DNA of 64,000 nucleotides, taken from contig JAYQTH010000002.1 in assembly GCA_038147295.1 (NCBI GenBank), positions 741,850-805,849 of the forward strand, given 5' to 3'. Made by a program: the position numbers and the translations under genes. Each line of letters starts with the position of its first letter. Positions within the stretch are counted from its first letter, which is position 1. Below the pieces are notes generated by a model. That model made no database searches and was not told the origin of the DNA. It was given only the letters and a program-made list of their open reading frames with translations. The DNA comes from Gammaproteobacteria bacterium. Lineage in GTDB: Bacteria; Pseudomonadota; Gammaproteobacteria; Magnimaribacterales; TMED112. This document shows, one piece after another, positions 10,054 through 20,480 of the stretch.

Positions 10054-12126
10054 ATGAAAAAAATTTTCATGGTTTTACTTTGCCAGCTGTTTGCTTCTGC
10101 TAACTACGAGTGGGTTGATGAAATAATCAATATTGACGAAAAGAACTTCGTTTATCAGGAAGGATCTGATGCAAACCTTGAACTTTATACTAAAAGTTTA
10201 TTTGTAAACGATGTAATACTTTCTCCCGATGGAGAACACCTGGCATTTCAAAGTGATAGCGATGATTTTACTCAAGGCATAATAATTGCAAACTTAAACA
10301 AATACCTCAAGGATGGCCTAAGCAAATCTACAGTTGCAAGACTTGCTATTGATGAACCAGGCTCAAGAGATCTTGGGATTAGGCGTCTTTTTCTATGCAA
10401 TATAACTTGGGCATCCAAAAGGCATTTACTGGTTGAGCTATGTGGAAAAACTACGGATTTTATCCAAGGGGAGCAGTATTTTTCTGTAGGCATATACAAA
10501 ATTTATGACCTGCAAACCAACGAATTTAGAAATTTTCTCTATCCCTTTGGTAAATTACGTAAAAAAGTTAATAACACATTTCAAGATCGATATAAGCCAG
10601 CAACCTTTATATCTAGATACGATGATAACCATATATTGATTTCAGTATCAGAAAATAGACGAGGTTTTAGATTCGCTACCCTAAGAAAAATTAGTTTGAA
10701 TAAAGAAGGAACTGAACCAAAAGGTGAAGACATTTTTAAATCAAATGTTCCTTGCCAATATAGAGTTGCTTACAGAACAAATGCCTTTTGTGAGAATCCT
10801 AATATTTTTGTTTTGAACGATAAAAAGCAGCCAGTTTTAACCTTCTCTTCAAACATTGATACTGTTTTCGCTCACGCTGTTCAAGAAGATAACAGAAAAA
10901 TTGATGTTGATCTTGAAGAGTATGGCCTCTTAGGGCTAAAGGGCTCTAATTTATGGTTGCTTGGAGATCCAGATGGACAAACACAAGGTCTAAGCATTCT
11001 AAATATTAATTCAGGCAAAATAACACTCGTTACTCCGTCTGATTGTAGCTCACTGCTTGAGGGTTATGTTTCTGCCAATCAAACGACTCCATATGCTGTT
11101 GGCATGGAATGTCAGGGCATGAAAGATATTGTTACTTTTAATAACGGTAGAGATGCTCAGATCTTAACAAGCTTAATAAGAAGCTTCCCGGATAAAACAG
11201 TGGAATTATCTTCATGGAGCGATGATGGCATGAAAGCTTTGTTAAAAATCAAAGATTCTTCTACAGTCACTGACACATTTTTGCTAAACCTAGAGAAAAA
11301 TAGCCTTGAGTTCATCGTGAATAACTCTAATGTTCCTAAAAATAAGCTTTATAAGAATAAATCCTATCAATTTACTGCTAATGATGGTTTTGTCTATTAT
11401 GGCTATCTAACTCTGCCCGACGGCCCTATTAAAAAATTGTTTACATACGTACACGGTGGACCTCATGGCCCAAGGGATTACGATGAATATGAACCTTTCG
11501 AACAATATCTAGCCAGTAATGGAGTAGCTGTATTAAAAGTCAATTTCAGAGGATCCGGAGGCTACGGCAAGAATTACGAAGAATCAGGTTACAAAGAATG
11601 GGGTGGCAAAATCATGGACGATATTGCACATGCAACAACTGATATCCAAGGGAAATTTAATATATCGAGTGACGACACATGTATTGGGGGTGCTAGTTTC
11701 GGTGGTTATGCAGCCTTAACAATGGCATATAAATACCCTCAAATTTTAGATTGTGTTGTAGGCATGATGGGCGTTTATGATTTGAATATGTTGCGCTATG
11801 GAGAAGATGATAGCGTCTACACACGACAAGATAGATACGACGAGATAATGTCTGATTACTTGGGTGAAAATGAAGACCAGCTTAATGATTTTTCTCCAAT
11901 AGATAACGTTTCAAAGTTGGATGCCCGAATATTAATGTGGCATGGAAAACAAGACTTTATAGCTCCAATCGTACACTTTGATGATTTAAAAGAAGCGCTT
12001 GACGTGAATGATGTTGAATATCAGGCATTTACTATGACTAGGCTTGGCCATACATATGGTGCACAAGAGGATATGTACATTCATTTACCGATAATGAAAA
12101 ACTTTATCCTTGGGCAATTAGAATAA
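10054..12126 (+). CDS. S9 family serine peptidase (prolyl oligopeptidase/dipeptidyl aminopeptidase type), secreted
   Basis: 690 aa with a signal peptide and an N-terminal beta-propeller-like region. The C-terminal hydrolase carries HGGPHG, the nucleophile elbow GGASFGGYAA, HGKQDFIAP and LGHTYG. Confidence 0.8.
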   Translation: MKKIFMVLLCQLFASANYEWVDEIINIDEKNFVYQEGSDANLELYTKSLFVNDVILSPDGEHLAFQSDSDDFTQGIIIANLNKYLKDGLSKSTVARLAIDEPGSRDLGIRRLFLCNITWASKRHLLVELCGKTTDFIQGEQYFSVGIYKIYDLQTNEFRNFLYPFGKLRKKVNNTFQDRYKPATFISRYDDNHILISVSENRRGFRFATLRKISLNKEGTEPKGEDIFKSNVPCQYRVAYRTNAFCENPNIFVLNDKKQPVLTFSSNIDTVFAHAVQEDNRKIDVDLEEYGLLGLKGSNLWLLGDPDGQTQGLSILNINSGKITLVTPSDCSSLLEGYVSANQTTPYAVGMECQGMKDIVTFNNGRDAQILTSLIRSFPDKTVELSSWSDDGMKALLKIKDSSTVTDTFLLNLEKNSLEFIVNNSNVPKNKLYKNKSYQFTANDGFVYYGYLTLPDGPIKKLFTYVHGGPHGPRDYDEYEPFEQYLASNGVAVLKVNFRGSGGYGKNYEESGYKEWGGKIMDDIAHATTDIQGKFNISSDDTCIGGASFGGYAALTMAYKYPQILDCVVGMMGVYDLNMLRYGEDDSVYTRQDRYDEIMSDYLGENEDQLNDFSPIDNVSKLDARILMWHGKQDFIAPIVHFDDLKEALDVNDVEYQAFTMTRLGHTYGAQEDMYIHLPIMKNFILGQLE

Positions 12127-12127
12127 T

Positions 12128-12203
12128 TGGAGCGACTGACGGGATTCGAACCCGTACCAAAAGCTTGGAAGGCTTTTGTGCTAGCCATTAACACCACAGT
12201 CGC
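12128..12203 (-). tRNA. tRNA-Gly (anticodon UCC)
   Basis: The reverse complement GCGACTGTGGTGTTAATGGCTAGCACAAAAGCCTTCCAAGCTTTTGGTACGGGTTCGAATCCCGTCAGTCGCTCCA folds as a cloverleaf. The acceptor is GCGACTG/CAGTCGC, the anticodon loop is CT-TCC-AA, a TTCGAAT T-loop is present, and CCA is encoded. Confidence 0.9.
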
Positions 12204-12231
12204 AGAACCGTAATTATAAGAGCTAATCAAC

Positions 12232-12828
12232 CTAAGGGAAATAGTAAAGCTCAGGTATTGAGCAATAACCAACAGATTTAAGTTGCTTTGCTATGAGCCC
12301 AGAGTTTCTATCACTGGTCCAGGCGTTGAGCACTTCATTTCTATGTTCATTGTTTTTGAATAGATTGACCCAGTAGAAGTTACCATTATCAAGGTCTGAT
12401 ACACCATGCCAGACTGAGGTAGATAAGTCTGAAGTTACATTTAGAAAATCAGAAAAAACTTCATTGATATCAAAAATTTCTACAATTGACTTACACTCAC
12501 TGATATCAATTAAAAATTCCTTTGCAAATGGATTGCCTTCTTGAGGTGTAAGTTCATTTAAAGCAAAGGTATCTTTTGTGCATCCCTCAATATCCAATGC
12601 TAGGGAATCAATGGTACTAATTTCTATAAAATGCTGATTATCAATAGTACTTCTTATGTTGGTTAGTTTATTTTGTGGCTGATCACAGCTAAAAAAACTT
12701 ATGTTGTATCTTTCTTTTTGAAAAAAATAAGAATCATCAATTTTTACGACATTGGATGAATTATCAAATTCACTGTTACAACTAATTAATAAAATTAGTA
12801 AAAAACTCTGCATCAAGCGTATTAACAT
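12232..12828 (-). CDS. Hypothetical lipoprotein
   Basis: 198 aa with N-terminal LLILLISC (lipobox). I recognise no family motif. Confidence 0.5.
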   Translation of the reverse strand: MLIRLMQSFLLILLISCNSEFDNSSNVVKIDDSYFFQKERYNISFFSCDQPQNKLTNIRSTIDNQHFIEISTIDSLALDIEGCTKDTFALNELTPQEGNPFAKEFLIDISECKSIVEIFDINEVFSDFLNVTSDLSTSVWHGVSDLDNGNFYWVNLFKNNEHRNEVLNAWTSDRNSGLIAKQLKSVGYCSIPELYYFP

Positions 12829-12858
12829 GCTTTAATTATAGAGAACTTATAAATAATT

Positions 12859-14124
12859 ATGAAAAAAATTCTTTTAACATTTACGATCTTAGGTTTCTTG
12901 AATGCAGAAACACTTATTCATACATCCATTTATATCGATGGGGTTAGTGACAAAGAAAAGAGGAATGCCTCCATTGTTATCGGTGACGATGGTCGGATTA
13001 AACAAATTGCCGATGGTTTTCTAAACATAGATGGTTACAACTATTACGATTTAAGAGATTACACAGTTCTGCCAGGTCTTATGGATATGCACGTTCATTT
13101 TGGACAAGAATATGTCTCCAAAGCTGAACGTGAAACCAAAGTAGAAAGAGAATATAGCGCTGTTAGAGCAGTTCAACATGCCAAAGTGACATTAGATGCA
13201 GGATTTACAACTGTTAGACAGGTTGGTGATATGGGCCTTGTAGCTATTTCTTTAAGAGATGCAATTCAAAGAGGATATGCAGAAGGACCGCGTATCTTTT
13301 CTTCTGGAAAGAGTTTAGCAACTACTGGCGGTCATGCAGATCATACAAATGGAAGAGCAAAAGATGACTACGTTTATCCAGAACCTGAAAGTGGTGTTGT
13401 AAATGGACCATATGAAGTTTTTGCGGCAATACGTCAAAGATATAAAGATGGAGCTGACGGCATTAAAATTACGGTCACAGGTGGTGTTTTGAGTTTAGCA
13501 AAATCAGGTGATAACCCACAATTCACTCAGGAAGAAGCCAATGCAGTTGTAGCAGCTGCAAAAGATTATGGTTTTTGGGTTGCAGTGCACGCACACGGTG
13601 CAGAAGGCATGAAAAGGGCTATAAAAGCAGGTGTTGATTCAATAGAACATGGTACATACATGGATGATGAAGCAATGGATTTAATGATTGCAAATGGAAC
13701 CTATTATGTACCTACCATATCTGCTGGTGAATTTGTCGCCGAGAAATCCAAGCTTGATAATTATTTTCCAGAGATTGTTAGACCTAAGGCAGCAGCAGTT
13801 GGACCACAAATAGGCAGTACCTTTGGTAAAGCTTATAAAAGAGGTGTAAAAATAGCTTTTGGCACAGATGTTGGAGTTCAACCGCATGGCACCAATTGGA
13901 AAGAATTTGTTTATATGAAGCAATACGGCATGCCAGAAATGGCTGCTATCAAATCAGCAACTATGGAAACAGCTAAACTCTTGGGCATTGAAAAAGATTT
14001 AGGTTCATTAGAAGTTGGTAAAATTGCCGATATTATTGCTGTTAGGGGTAATCCTCTCAAGGATATCAGCGTCATGGAAAATGTGACGTTCGTTATGAAA
14101 GAGGGAAAAGTATATAAAAATTGA
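12859..14124 (+). CDS. Amidohydrolase-family metallohydrolase, secreted
   Basis: 421 aa with a signal peptide. Amidohydrolase motifs are [21 protein letters not shown] and FGTDVG. Confidence 0.8.
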   Translation: MKKILLTFTILGFLNAETLIHTSIYIDGVSDKEKRNASIVIGDDGRIKQIADGFLNIDGYNYYDLRDYTVLPGLMDMHVHFGQEYVSKAERETKVEREYSAVRAVQHAKVTLDAGFTTVRQVGDMGLVAISLRDAIQRGYAEGPRIFSSGKSLATTGGHADHTNGRAKDDYVYPEPESGVVNGPYEVFAAIRQRYKDGADGIKITVTGGVLSLAKSGDNPQFTQEEANAVVAAAKDYGFWVAVHAHGAEGMKRAIKAGVDSIEHGTYMDDEAMDLMIANGTYYVPTISAGEFVAEKSKLDNYFPEIVRPKAAAVGPQIGSTFGKAYKRGVKIAFGTDVGVQPHGTNWKEFVYMKQYGMPEMAAIKSATMETAKLLGIEKDLGSLEVGKIADIIAVRGNPLKDISVMENVTFVMKEGKVYKN

Positions 14125-15602
14125 AAAAAATTCGTCTTGTCTTGGGAAATCAATTGTTTCCCAGGACAAAGATTAATCTTGATAGAAAAACACCTATCTT
14201 TATGTGCGAAGACAATGGTCTATGCACATACATAAAACATCATAAAGCTAAAATTGCTTTGTTCTTTTGCGCAATGCGTGAATACAGAGATGAACTTATA
14301 TCTGAGGGGTATGAAGTTATCTATAAAGACTGTAATGTCGACTTCACAAACTCTTTCACAAACAAATTACGTAATACTATTAAACAACTCCAGATCAGTA
14401 CTATAGAATGCTTTGAGATTGAAGATAAGTTATTTGAATCTGAAATAATTCAATTTTGCGCTGAGGAAGAGATAGAACTTAACTTCGTACCAAGTCCAAT
14501 GTTTCTTGACAGTAGAGACGCATTTAAAGATTTTGTTGGGGCTAAAAATTCAGTTTTGCATGGAAATTATTATAAAAAACGTAGAAAGGAATTAAATATT
14601 CTTATTTCTGATGGTCAACCTCAAGGAGGGAAATGGACTTTTGATGAAGATAATAGAAAAAAGATCCCAAAAGACTATAAATTACCCAAAAAATACAAGC
14701 TTGATCAAAGCAGATACTTTGATGAAGTATCACAATTTATTAACAAAGAGTTTGCCGATCACCCTGGTGAGCTTAACTCCATTATGCCCTATTCCTCTAA
14801 AACAGCTAAAAAGTGGTTGTCAAATTTTTTAAAATATAAATTTAATGACTTTGGTCCATATGAGGATGCCATCTATGAAAATGAGCATTTCTTATTGCAC
14901 AGTGCACTAAGCTCTTCTTTAAATTTAGGAATTATTACACCAGATATTATCATTGAAGAGTCTTTGACATATGCCAAGAAAAATAATATTCCCATAAACA
15001 GTCTTGAAGGTTTTATAAGACAAATAATTGGATGGCGCGAGTTTATTAGAGGAATGTATCAAAATTTCTCCACTAAAATGGAAACCACCAACTTTTGGCA
15101 ACATACCAATAAAATGAATGATAAATGGTATGAAGGCACTACAGGCATACCTCCACTGGATGATGCCATTCACGGTGCACAAAAATATGGTTATACCCAC
15201 CATATAAATCGATTAATGGTATTGGCTAACATAATGAACCTCTGTCGTTTAGACCCAAAAGAAATCTATAAATGGTTTATGGAAATGTTTGTTGATTCGT
15301 CTGATTGGGTCATGGTGCCAAATGTCTTTGGAATGGGTACATTTTCCGATGGAGGAACTTTTTCAACTAAACCTTACATTTGTGGATCAAGTTATATGCT
15401 ACGGATGTCGAATTTTTCCAAGGGTGAATGGTGTGATGTTGTAGATGGTCTTTACTGGAAATTTATTGAAGACAATCAAACGTTCTTTGTTGCCAACCAT
15501 CGTTTGTCTTTAATGATAAATGCCTTAAATAAATTAGAATCTACTCGAAAAGAAATGATTTTTGATAAGGCAAATACTTTTATTAGATCCGTTACCGAAT
15601 GA
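14121..15602 (+). CDS. Cryptochrome/photolyase-related protein (COG3046-type, FeS-BCP/(6-4)-photolyase-like)
   Basis: 493 aa. The N-terminus is [12 protein letters not shown]. The C-terminal half carries [18 protein letters not shown]...[14 protein letters not shown] and [11 protein letters not shown]...GG..STKPY. The TTG start overlaps the upstream stop (TTGA). Confidence 0.75.
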   Translation: MKKIRLVLGNQLFPRTKINLDRKTPIFMCEDNGLCTYIKHHKAKIALFFCAMREYRDELISEGYEVIYKDCNVDFTNSFTNKLRNTIKQLQISTIECFEIEDKLFESEIIQFCAEEEIELNFVPSPMFLDSRDAFKDFVGAKNSVLHGNYYKKRRKELNILISDGQPQGGKWTFDEDNRKKIPKDYKLPKKYKLDQSRYFDEVSQFINKEFADHPGELNSIMPYSSKTAKKWLSNFLKYKFNDFGPYEDAIYENEHFLLHSALSSSLNLGIITPDIIIEESLTYAKKNNIPINSLEGFIRQIIGWREFIRGMYQNFSTKMETTNFWQHTNKMNDKWYEGTTGIPPLDDAIHGAQKYGYTHHINRLMVLANIMNLCRLDPKEIYKWFMEMFVDSSDWVMVPNVFGMGTFSDGGTFSTKPYICGSSYMLRMSNFSKGEWCDVVDGLYWKFIEDNQTFFVANHRLSLMINALNKLESTRKEMIFDKANTFIRSVTE

Positions 15603-16588
15603 TTGTTAAAGACGATATTGGCCTTTATTGTGCTGCTGGCAACTTCTATGTCGATCCATTAAAACCATGTGAAAATGCAATCATTACCCATGCTCATGCC
15701 GATCATGCTAGACCTGGTATGACCAACTATATTTGTACGCATGCTACCAAAGACATCATGAAGCTTCGTATAGGGCATGAATTAAATATTTCATCCGTTG
15801 ATTATGAACAAGAAATTACTCTTGGTAATGCTACAGTGTCTTTTCATTCTGCAGGACATATTTTAGGTTCAGCTCAAATCAAAATAAAAGTTAATGAAAA
15901 GATTACTGTCATCACTGGTGATTATAAAGTTCACAGCGACAATACTTGCGATGCTTTTCAGCATATTGAATGCAATACATTTATTTCCGAAGCTACGTTT
16001 GCCAATCCAAAATACATATGGACTGATTTTGGTTTAGAAATTGAAAGAATTTATAACTGGTATCTTGGAAACAAAAATAATGGAGTTAATAGTGTATTGT
16101 GCGCATATTCTTTAGGTAAATCACAAAGAATCATCAATGCACTAAATGCACAATATAAGGTGGATATATATGCACATGACAATATCCGCAATATCAATAA
16201 GATATATCAAGATCATGGAATTTCTAATTTGCATACTAAAAGGGTTAATGAAAATAAAGATATGACGAATGGTTTAATTGTTATTCCACCAGGCGCAAGG
16301 AAAGCAAATTTATTAAAAAATATTGGCCGCTATAAAACAGGTTTTTGTAGTGGTTGGGCTATCAATAGACTAGACGAATATGATGAAGGTTTTAAAATTT
16401 CAGATCACGCCGATTGGAATGAATTGATATCTGCAATTACTAAATCAAAAGCTAAAGAGGTTATCTTAATTCATGGTACAGGCAATGTTCTAAAAAAATA
16501 TCTAAACACTAAAGGCATACAAATTTCAGATTTCACTAGATCTAATAATAAAGAATCAACAATGCAATTATCGATGTTCAATGAATAG
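15599..16588 (+). CDS. Ligase-associated DNA-damage-response exonuclease (MBL/beta-CASP fold)
   Basis: 329 aa with GLYCAAGNFYVDP....AIITHAHADHARPG, SAGHILGSA, VITGDYK and a C-terminal SDHAD...LIHG. The start ATG overlaps the photolyase stop (ATGA). Confidence 0.7.
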   Translation: MIVKDDIGLYCAAGNFYVDPLKPCENAIITHAHADHARPGMTNYICTHATKDIMKLRIGHELNISSVDYEQEITLGNATVSFHSAGHILGSAQIKIKVNEKITVITGDYKVHSDNTCDAFQHIECNTFISEATFANPKYIWTDFGLEIERIYNWYLGNKNNGVNSVLCAYSLGKSQRIINALNAQYKVDIYAHDNIRNINKIYQDHGISNLHTKRVNENKDMTNGLIVIPPGARKANLLKNIGRYKTGFCSGWAINRLDEYDEGFKISDHADWNELISAITKSKAKEVILIHGTGNVLKKYLNTKGIQISDFTRSNNKESTMQLSMFNE

Positions 16589-16694
16589 AAAAATCTCAGA
16601 CAAAGCAATGCAGCTATCCTATTCCCTTGGCATGATAGTGGTCATAATTTTATCGATTGGTGGGTTTGTCTATTTATTGTCTTTAATTATTTGA
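16581..16694 (+). CDS. Candidate 37-aa single-TM micro-protein (below ORF-track cutoff)
   Basis: My translation is MNRKISDKAMQLSYSLGMIVVIILSIGGFVYLLSLII. The ATG overlaps the exonuclease stop (ATGAATAG), and a hydrophobic helix follows a basic N-terminus. There is no homology evidence. Confidence 0.25.
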   Translation: MNRKISDKAMQLSYSLGMIVVIILSIGGFVYLLSLII

Positions 16695-17649
16695 TGTACT
16701 TAAAAAAAGACTCATCATCAACATTGCCACCGGAAATAGTCACTAAAACGTTTTTTCCTTCGATTTGAATTTTATTGCTTAAAACTGCAGCAAGACTAAC
16801 ACAACCACTTGGTTCTGCTTTGATATTAAATTCTTCATAAAGATACTTCATTGCATGGCAAACTTCTTCATCAGAAACCGATAAACCTGCTGCACAATTT
16901 TGTAGATTTATTGGAAATGTAATTTCTCCAGGTATTTCAACTTCTAGAGCATCGCATATAGTTCGTGTGTGATTTTTTAATCTTGTACGCGTTTTATTTT
17001 TTAAGGAAATCTGGGTATCGTTGCATGTAGTTGGCTCAACAGGGTAAATCTCACAATCAGGAAAATGATGTTTAAATGCAATGCTGGTACCAGCAACCAA
17101 TCCACCGCCTGAAGTACAAGAAAGTACAATATTTGGTGTTATTTTGTGTTCATTAAAATATTCACAAGCCTCAATGCCAAAACTGCCCTGGCCAGCAATG
17201 ATATATGGATTATCAAAGGGTTTAACTAGAGGGAAATTTCTTTCCTCAGATAAATTAAATGCTATTTGTTCACGACTTTCTATGTGACGTTTATACAGCA
17301 CTACCTCTGCACCATTGGCTTTAGTCTTTTCAATTTTATTTTTGGGGGCATCTTCTGGCATTACAATTATGGCTCTCATATCGAAGATCTGAGCTGCTTT
17401 TGATACACCCTGTGCATGATTTCCAGATGAAAATGCAACAACTCCTTCAACACCCTCCTCTTTTAATTTACTAAGTGCAGATAGTGCTCCTCTGATCTTA
17501 AAAGACCCTGTAAGTTGTTCAACTTCATTCTTTAAGAATAGATTTGCATTAAATGAACTATTCAAACGTTCTGAAGTAACGATAGGTGTATTAACTAGGT
17601 ATTTAGAAATTCGTTGATAACTAGCCCTTAGATCATCAAATTTAACCAC
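16687..17649 (-). CDS. PLP-dependent threonine/serine ammonia-lyase (fold-type II, short catabolic or racemase-like form)
   Basis: 320 aa with the PLP lysine motif TGSFKIRGA, SSGNHAQG and a glycine-rich GGGL loop. Confidence 0.8.
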   Translation of the reverse strand: MVKFDDLRASYQRISKYLVNTPIVTSERLNSSFNANLFLKNEVEQLTGSFKIRGALSALSKLKEEGVEGVVAFSSGNHAQGVSKAAQIFDMRAIIVMPEDAPKNKIEKTKANGAEVVLYKRHIESREQIAFNLSEERNFPLVKPFDNPYIIAGQGSFGIEACEYFNEHKITPNIVLSCTSGGGLVAGTSIAFKHHFPDCEIYPVEPTTCNDTQISLKNKTRTRLKNHTRTICDALEVEIPGEITFPINLQNCAAGLSVSDEEVCHAMKYLYEEFNIKAEPSGCVSLAAVLSNKIQIEGKNVLVTISGGNVDDESFFKYIK

Positions 17650-17691
17650 TTGTGTAGTTTAAACTAAATATATCGTATATATAATAAAGAT

Positions 17692-18459
17692 ATGAACTCA
17701 AAACAAGCATTACAAACTTTTGGCCGATCAGGTAACCCTATGTTTTCAAACAAAACTTTTTCAGAAACAGTTATTGAAGGTCAAATCGAACAAATGACAT
17801 TGCAAGGAACCGTCAATAAAGTTGGCATTAGTCTTCTCCTAGTATTATTAACTGCATCCTTTACCTGGAACCAATATTTCTCATATGGGGCTTCTGCTAT
17901 AACTGGTTACTTATGGGGTGGGATGATTGTAGGTTTTATTTTCGCTATGATCACAATATTTAAGAAAACATGGGCTGGAGTCACAGCACCAGCATATGCA
18001 ATCGCCAAAGGCTTTGCTTTGGGTGGCATATCAGCTATGTACGAAGCTCAATTTGGTGGCATTACTATACAAGCTGTAACGCTGACATTCGGTACATTAT
18101 TTTCTTTATTATTTGCTTACAAAACAGGCATCATCAAACCTGACGAAAATTTTAGACTCATGCTTTTTGCTGCAACCTTTGGTATTTTTATCACATATCT
18201 TGTTAATTTAATCATGGGATTTTTTGGTGCCAGCATAGGCTTCATACACTCTAACGGTACTTTTGGAATATTGTTTTCATTGGCCGTTGTAGCTATTGCC
18301 GCTTTAAATTTAGTTTTAGATTTCGACTATATTGAACAAGGTGCTGAGCAGCGTGCTCCAAAATATCTTGAATGGTATGGCGCATTCTCATTAATGGTGA
18401 CATTAATTTGGCTGTATTTAGAGATCCTTAGGTTGCTATCAAAAATTAGAAGCCGTTAA
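17692..18459 (+). CDS. Bax-inhibitor-1/YccA-like multi-pass membrane protein
   Basis: 255 aa. The N-terminus RSGNPMF precedes seven hydrophobic segments. The size and pattern resemble the BI-1-like family (from memory). Confidence 0.65.
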   Translation: MNSKQALQTFGRSGNPMFSNKTFSETVIEGQIEQMTLQGTVNKVGISLLLVLLTASFTWNQYFSYGASAITGYLWGGMIVGFIFAMITIFKKTWAGVTAPAYAIAKGFALGGISAMYEAQFGGITIQAVTLTFGTLFSLLFAYKTGIIKPDENFRLMLFAATFGIFITYLVNLIMGFFGASIGFIHSNGTFGILFSLAVVAIAALNLVLDFDYIEQGAEQRAPKYLEWYGAFSLMVTLIWLYLEILRLLSKIRSR

Positions 18460-18578
18460 TGGAAATATTTTTGATAATCATTCTTATATTGCTTGTTATT
18501 GCAACCTATTTTCTATTTAACGTGCGAGCCAGCAAAAAACAAACGGATAGAGACAATAGAATTAAGTGGAAACACTAA
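18459..18578 (+). CDS. Candidate 39-aa single-TM micro-protein
   Basis: My translation is MEIFLIIILILLVIATYFLFNVRASKKQTDRDNRIKWKH. The ATG overlaps the upstream stop (TAATG). The 3-prime end would overlap the convergent LOG gene by 17 nt. There is no homology evidence. Confidence 0.2.
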   Translation: MEIFLIIILILLVIATYFLFNVRASKKQTDRDNRIKWKH

Positions 18579-19332
18579 GAAGATTTTTAGTAATGTGTTC
18601 GAAAGCATCATCGACAGAATCTGTTATAAAAATGTGATCAAGATCGTTGCTTCCAACAGTGCCATACTGTTCCAGCACATTAGTATTTATTAAGCTATTC
18701 CAAAATTCTTTGCCAAACATAACAATTGGAAAATTCTTTTTTATCTTATTCGTTTGGATGAGAGTAAGGATTTCAAATAGTTCATCCAAAGTGCCAAAGC
18801 CACCTGGCATGATAACCAATGCTTCACTTCTATAAGCAAACATAAATTTTCTTAAGAAAAAATATTTAAAATTAAAATTTAAACCTTCACTAATGTAAGG
18901 GTTATCAATATTTTCAAATGGTAAATCAATATTTAAACCAATGCTCTTAGCACCTCCCTCAAATGCACCTTTGTTAGCAGCCATCATTATCCCTGGCCCG
19001 CCTCCTGAACAAATTGCATATCTATCGTCTTTAAAGGTAGATTTTATCCAGAGCGCTAATTTTTTTGCCAGATCTTCAGTGGCGACATAGTAAGGGGCAA
19101 GTTTTAATAACGGATTGGTTGAATCATTTTTTTGTATTTCAGCAGCCTCAAGTGGAGAAGGTGCTCGTGCTGAACCAAAGAAAACTATCATATTATCGAT
19201 CCCCATTTTTTGAAATTTGATATTTGGGTATTCATATTCAGACAACACTCTGAATAATCTACCTTCTTTTGAGTTTATGAAATCTGGATCTTGATATGAG
19301 AATTTCTTGTTTTTGTTAACTGGCATTATCAC
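18562..19332 (-). CDS. LOG-family (TIGR00730) nucleotide phosphoribohydrolase
   Basis: 256 aa with GGGPGIM and PGGFGTLDELFE motifs. Confidence 0.85.
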   Translation of the reverse strand: MIMPVNKNKKFSYQDPDFINSKEGRLFRVLSEYEYPNIKFQKMGIDNMIVFFGSARAPSPLEAAEIQKNDSTNPLLKLAPYYVATEDLAKKLALWIKSTFKDDRYAICSGGGPGIMMAANKGAFEGGAKSIGLNIDLPFENIDNPYISEGLNFNFKYFFLRKFMFAYRSEALVIMPGGFGTLDELFEILTLIQTNKIKKNFPIVMFGKEFWNSLINTNVLEQYGTVGSNDLDHIFITDSVDDAFEHITKNLLSVST

Positions 19333-19339
19333 ATGTAAC

Positions 19340-19415
19340 TGGAGCGAGTGACGGGGTTCGAACCCGTGACCTCAACCTTGGCAAGGTTGCGCACTACCAA
19401 CTGTGCTACACTCGC
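19340..19415 (-). tRNA. tRNA-Gly (anticodon GCC)
   Basis: The reverse complement is GCGAGTGTAGCACAGTTGGTAGTGCGCAACCTTGCCAAGGTTGAGGTCACGGGTTCGAACCCCGTCACTCGCTCCA. It has an anticodon stem-loop CAACC-TTGCCAA-GGTTG and a TTCGAAC T-loop, with CCA encoded. Confidence 0.9.
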
Positions 19416-19488
19416 TGATTAGAAGGATAAATATACTCTCTCTATTTTTTTGTTTCAAGCTTATTTGATTAGTAGTACCATGTAGCGG

Positions 19489-20448
19489 ATGAGAAATTTG
19501 AATAAGCTCTTTTTAATTATCTTATTTATTGCTAATTCATTATTTGCCACAGACGTTTTTAAGATGGCTTTTGGTTCTTGCCTTCATCAAAACTACCCTG
19601 CTCCCATCTGGACAGCAATAAAACAAAACAATATCGATAGTTTCTTTTTCCTTGGCGATAATATCTATGGAGACACACCATCGGGATTACCTTGGAAACT
19701 GAAATCATCTTATGAGCTTCAAAAAAAATCGATACCCAGTTGGGTGCAATCGATAGAACAATATTCAATCTGGGATGATCATGATTATGGGAAGAATAAT
19801 GCGGGTGCAGAATACAAATTTAAACAAAAAGCCGAAAACCTATATTTAGATTTCTGGAATGTTCCATCAGACGATGAGAGAAGATTTCGACCAGGCATAT
19901 ACTATGCCTCTGTTAAATCGGTTAACAATAATAAAGTATTAATTGTAGGTTTAGACACCAGATACTTTAGATCTAATATTCAAAGAGTTAAAGGAGTACA
20001 TTTACCCAATCTTGAACCATCAGCTACTATCTTAGGCACTGAACAGTGGACTTGGCTCAAAAAGACTCTGGAGATTGATCACGATCTATTAATAATAGCC
20101 TCATCAATACAAGTTATAGCTACTGAACATAGATTTGAAAAGTGGTCTAATATTCCTGCTGAAAGGGAGAGACTGCTACAATTATTAACTAATCATTTAG
20201 CCCCAACGCTGATCATATCTGGAGATAGACATAGAGGTGGCATATACCAATATGAGAATATCCTGGAAGTGACATCCTCTTCACTGAATCGCAATTCTTC
20301 ACAAAACAGTGAAACCGATGCATTGTTACTGGGACAAACATACCCTCAAAATAATTTTGGACTTTTGACAATCGACATAGATTCTTTAACTGTAGAATTA
20401 ATTGATAAGGACAATAACACATTAGAATCAGCATCAATTAGTTTCTAA
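19489..20448 (+). CDS. PhoD-like alkaline phosphatase/metallophosphatase, secreted
   Basis: 319 aa with a signal peptide. Motifs are [28 protein letters not shown] and ISGDRH. Confidence 0.75.
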   Translation: MRNLNKLFLIILFIANSLFATDVFKMAFGSCLHQNYPAPIWTAIKQNNIDSFFFLGDNIYGDTPSGLPWKLKSSYELQKKSIPSWVQSIEQYSIWDDHDYGKNNAGAEYKFKQKAENLYLDFWNVPSDDERRFRPGIYYASVKSVNNNKVLIVGLDTRYFRSNIQRVKGVHLPNLEPSATILGTEQWTWLKKTLEIDHDLLIIASSIQVIATEHRFEKWSNIPAERERLLQLLTNHLAPTLIISGDRHRGGIYQYENILEVTSSSLNRNSSQNSETDALLLGQTYPQNNFGLLTIDIDSLTVELIDKDNNTLESASISF

Positions 20449-20480
20449 ATCAATCTAGAAGTAGTTATAATGGCCTCATT

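Noticed and set aside
12081-12272. 63-aa minus-strand ORF
   Set aside because: It spans the tRNA-Gly(UCC) gene and the 3-prime end of the S9 peptidase gene, which makes it an artefact.
12128-19415. tRNA genes as possible integration sites for a genomic island
   Set aside because: No integrase, direct repeat of a tRNA 3-prime end, or compositional shift was seen next to any of the three tRNAs. The flanking genes are ordinary metabolic or hypothetical genes.
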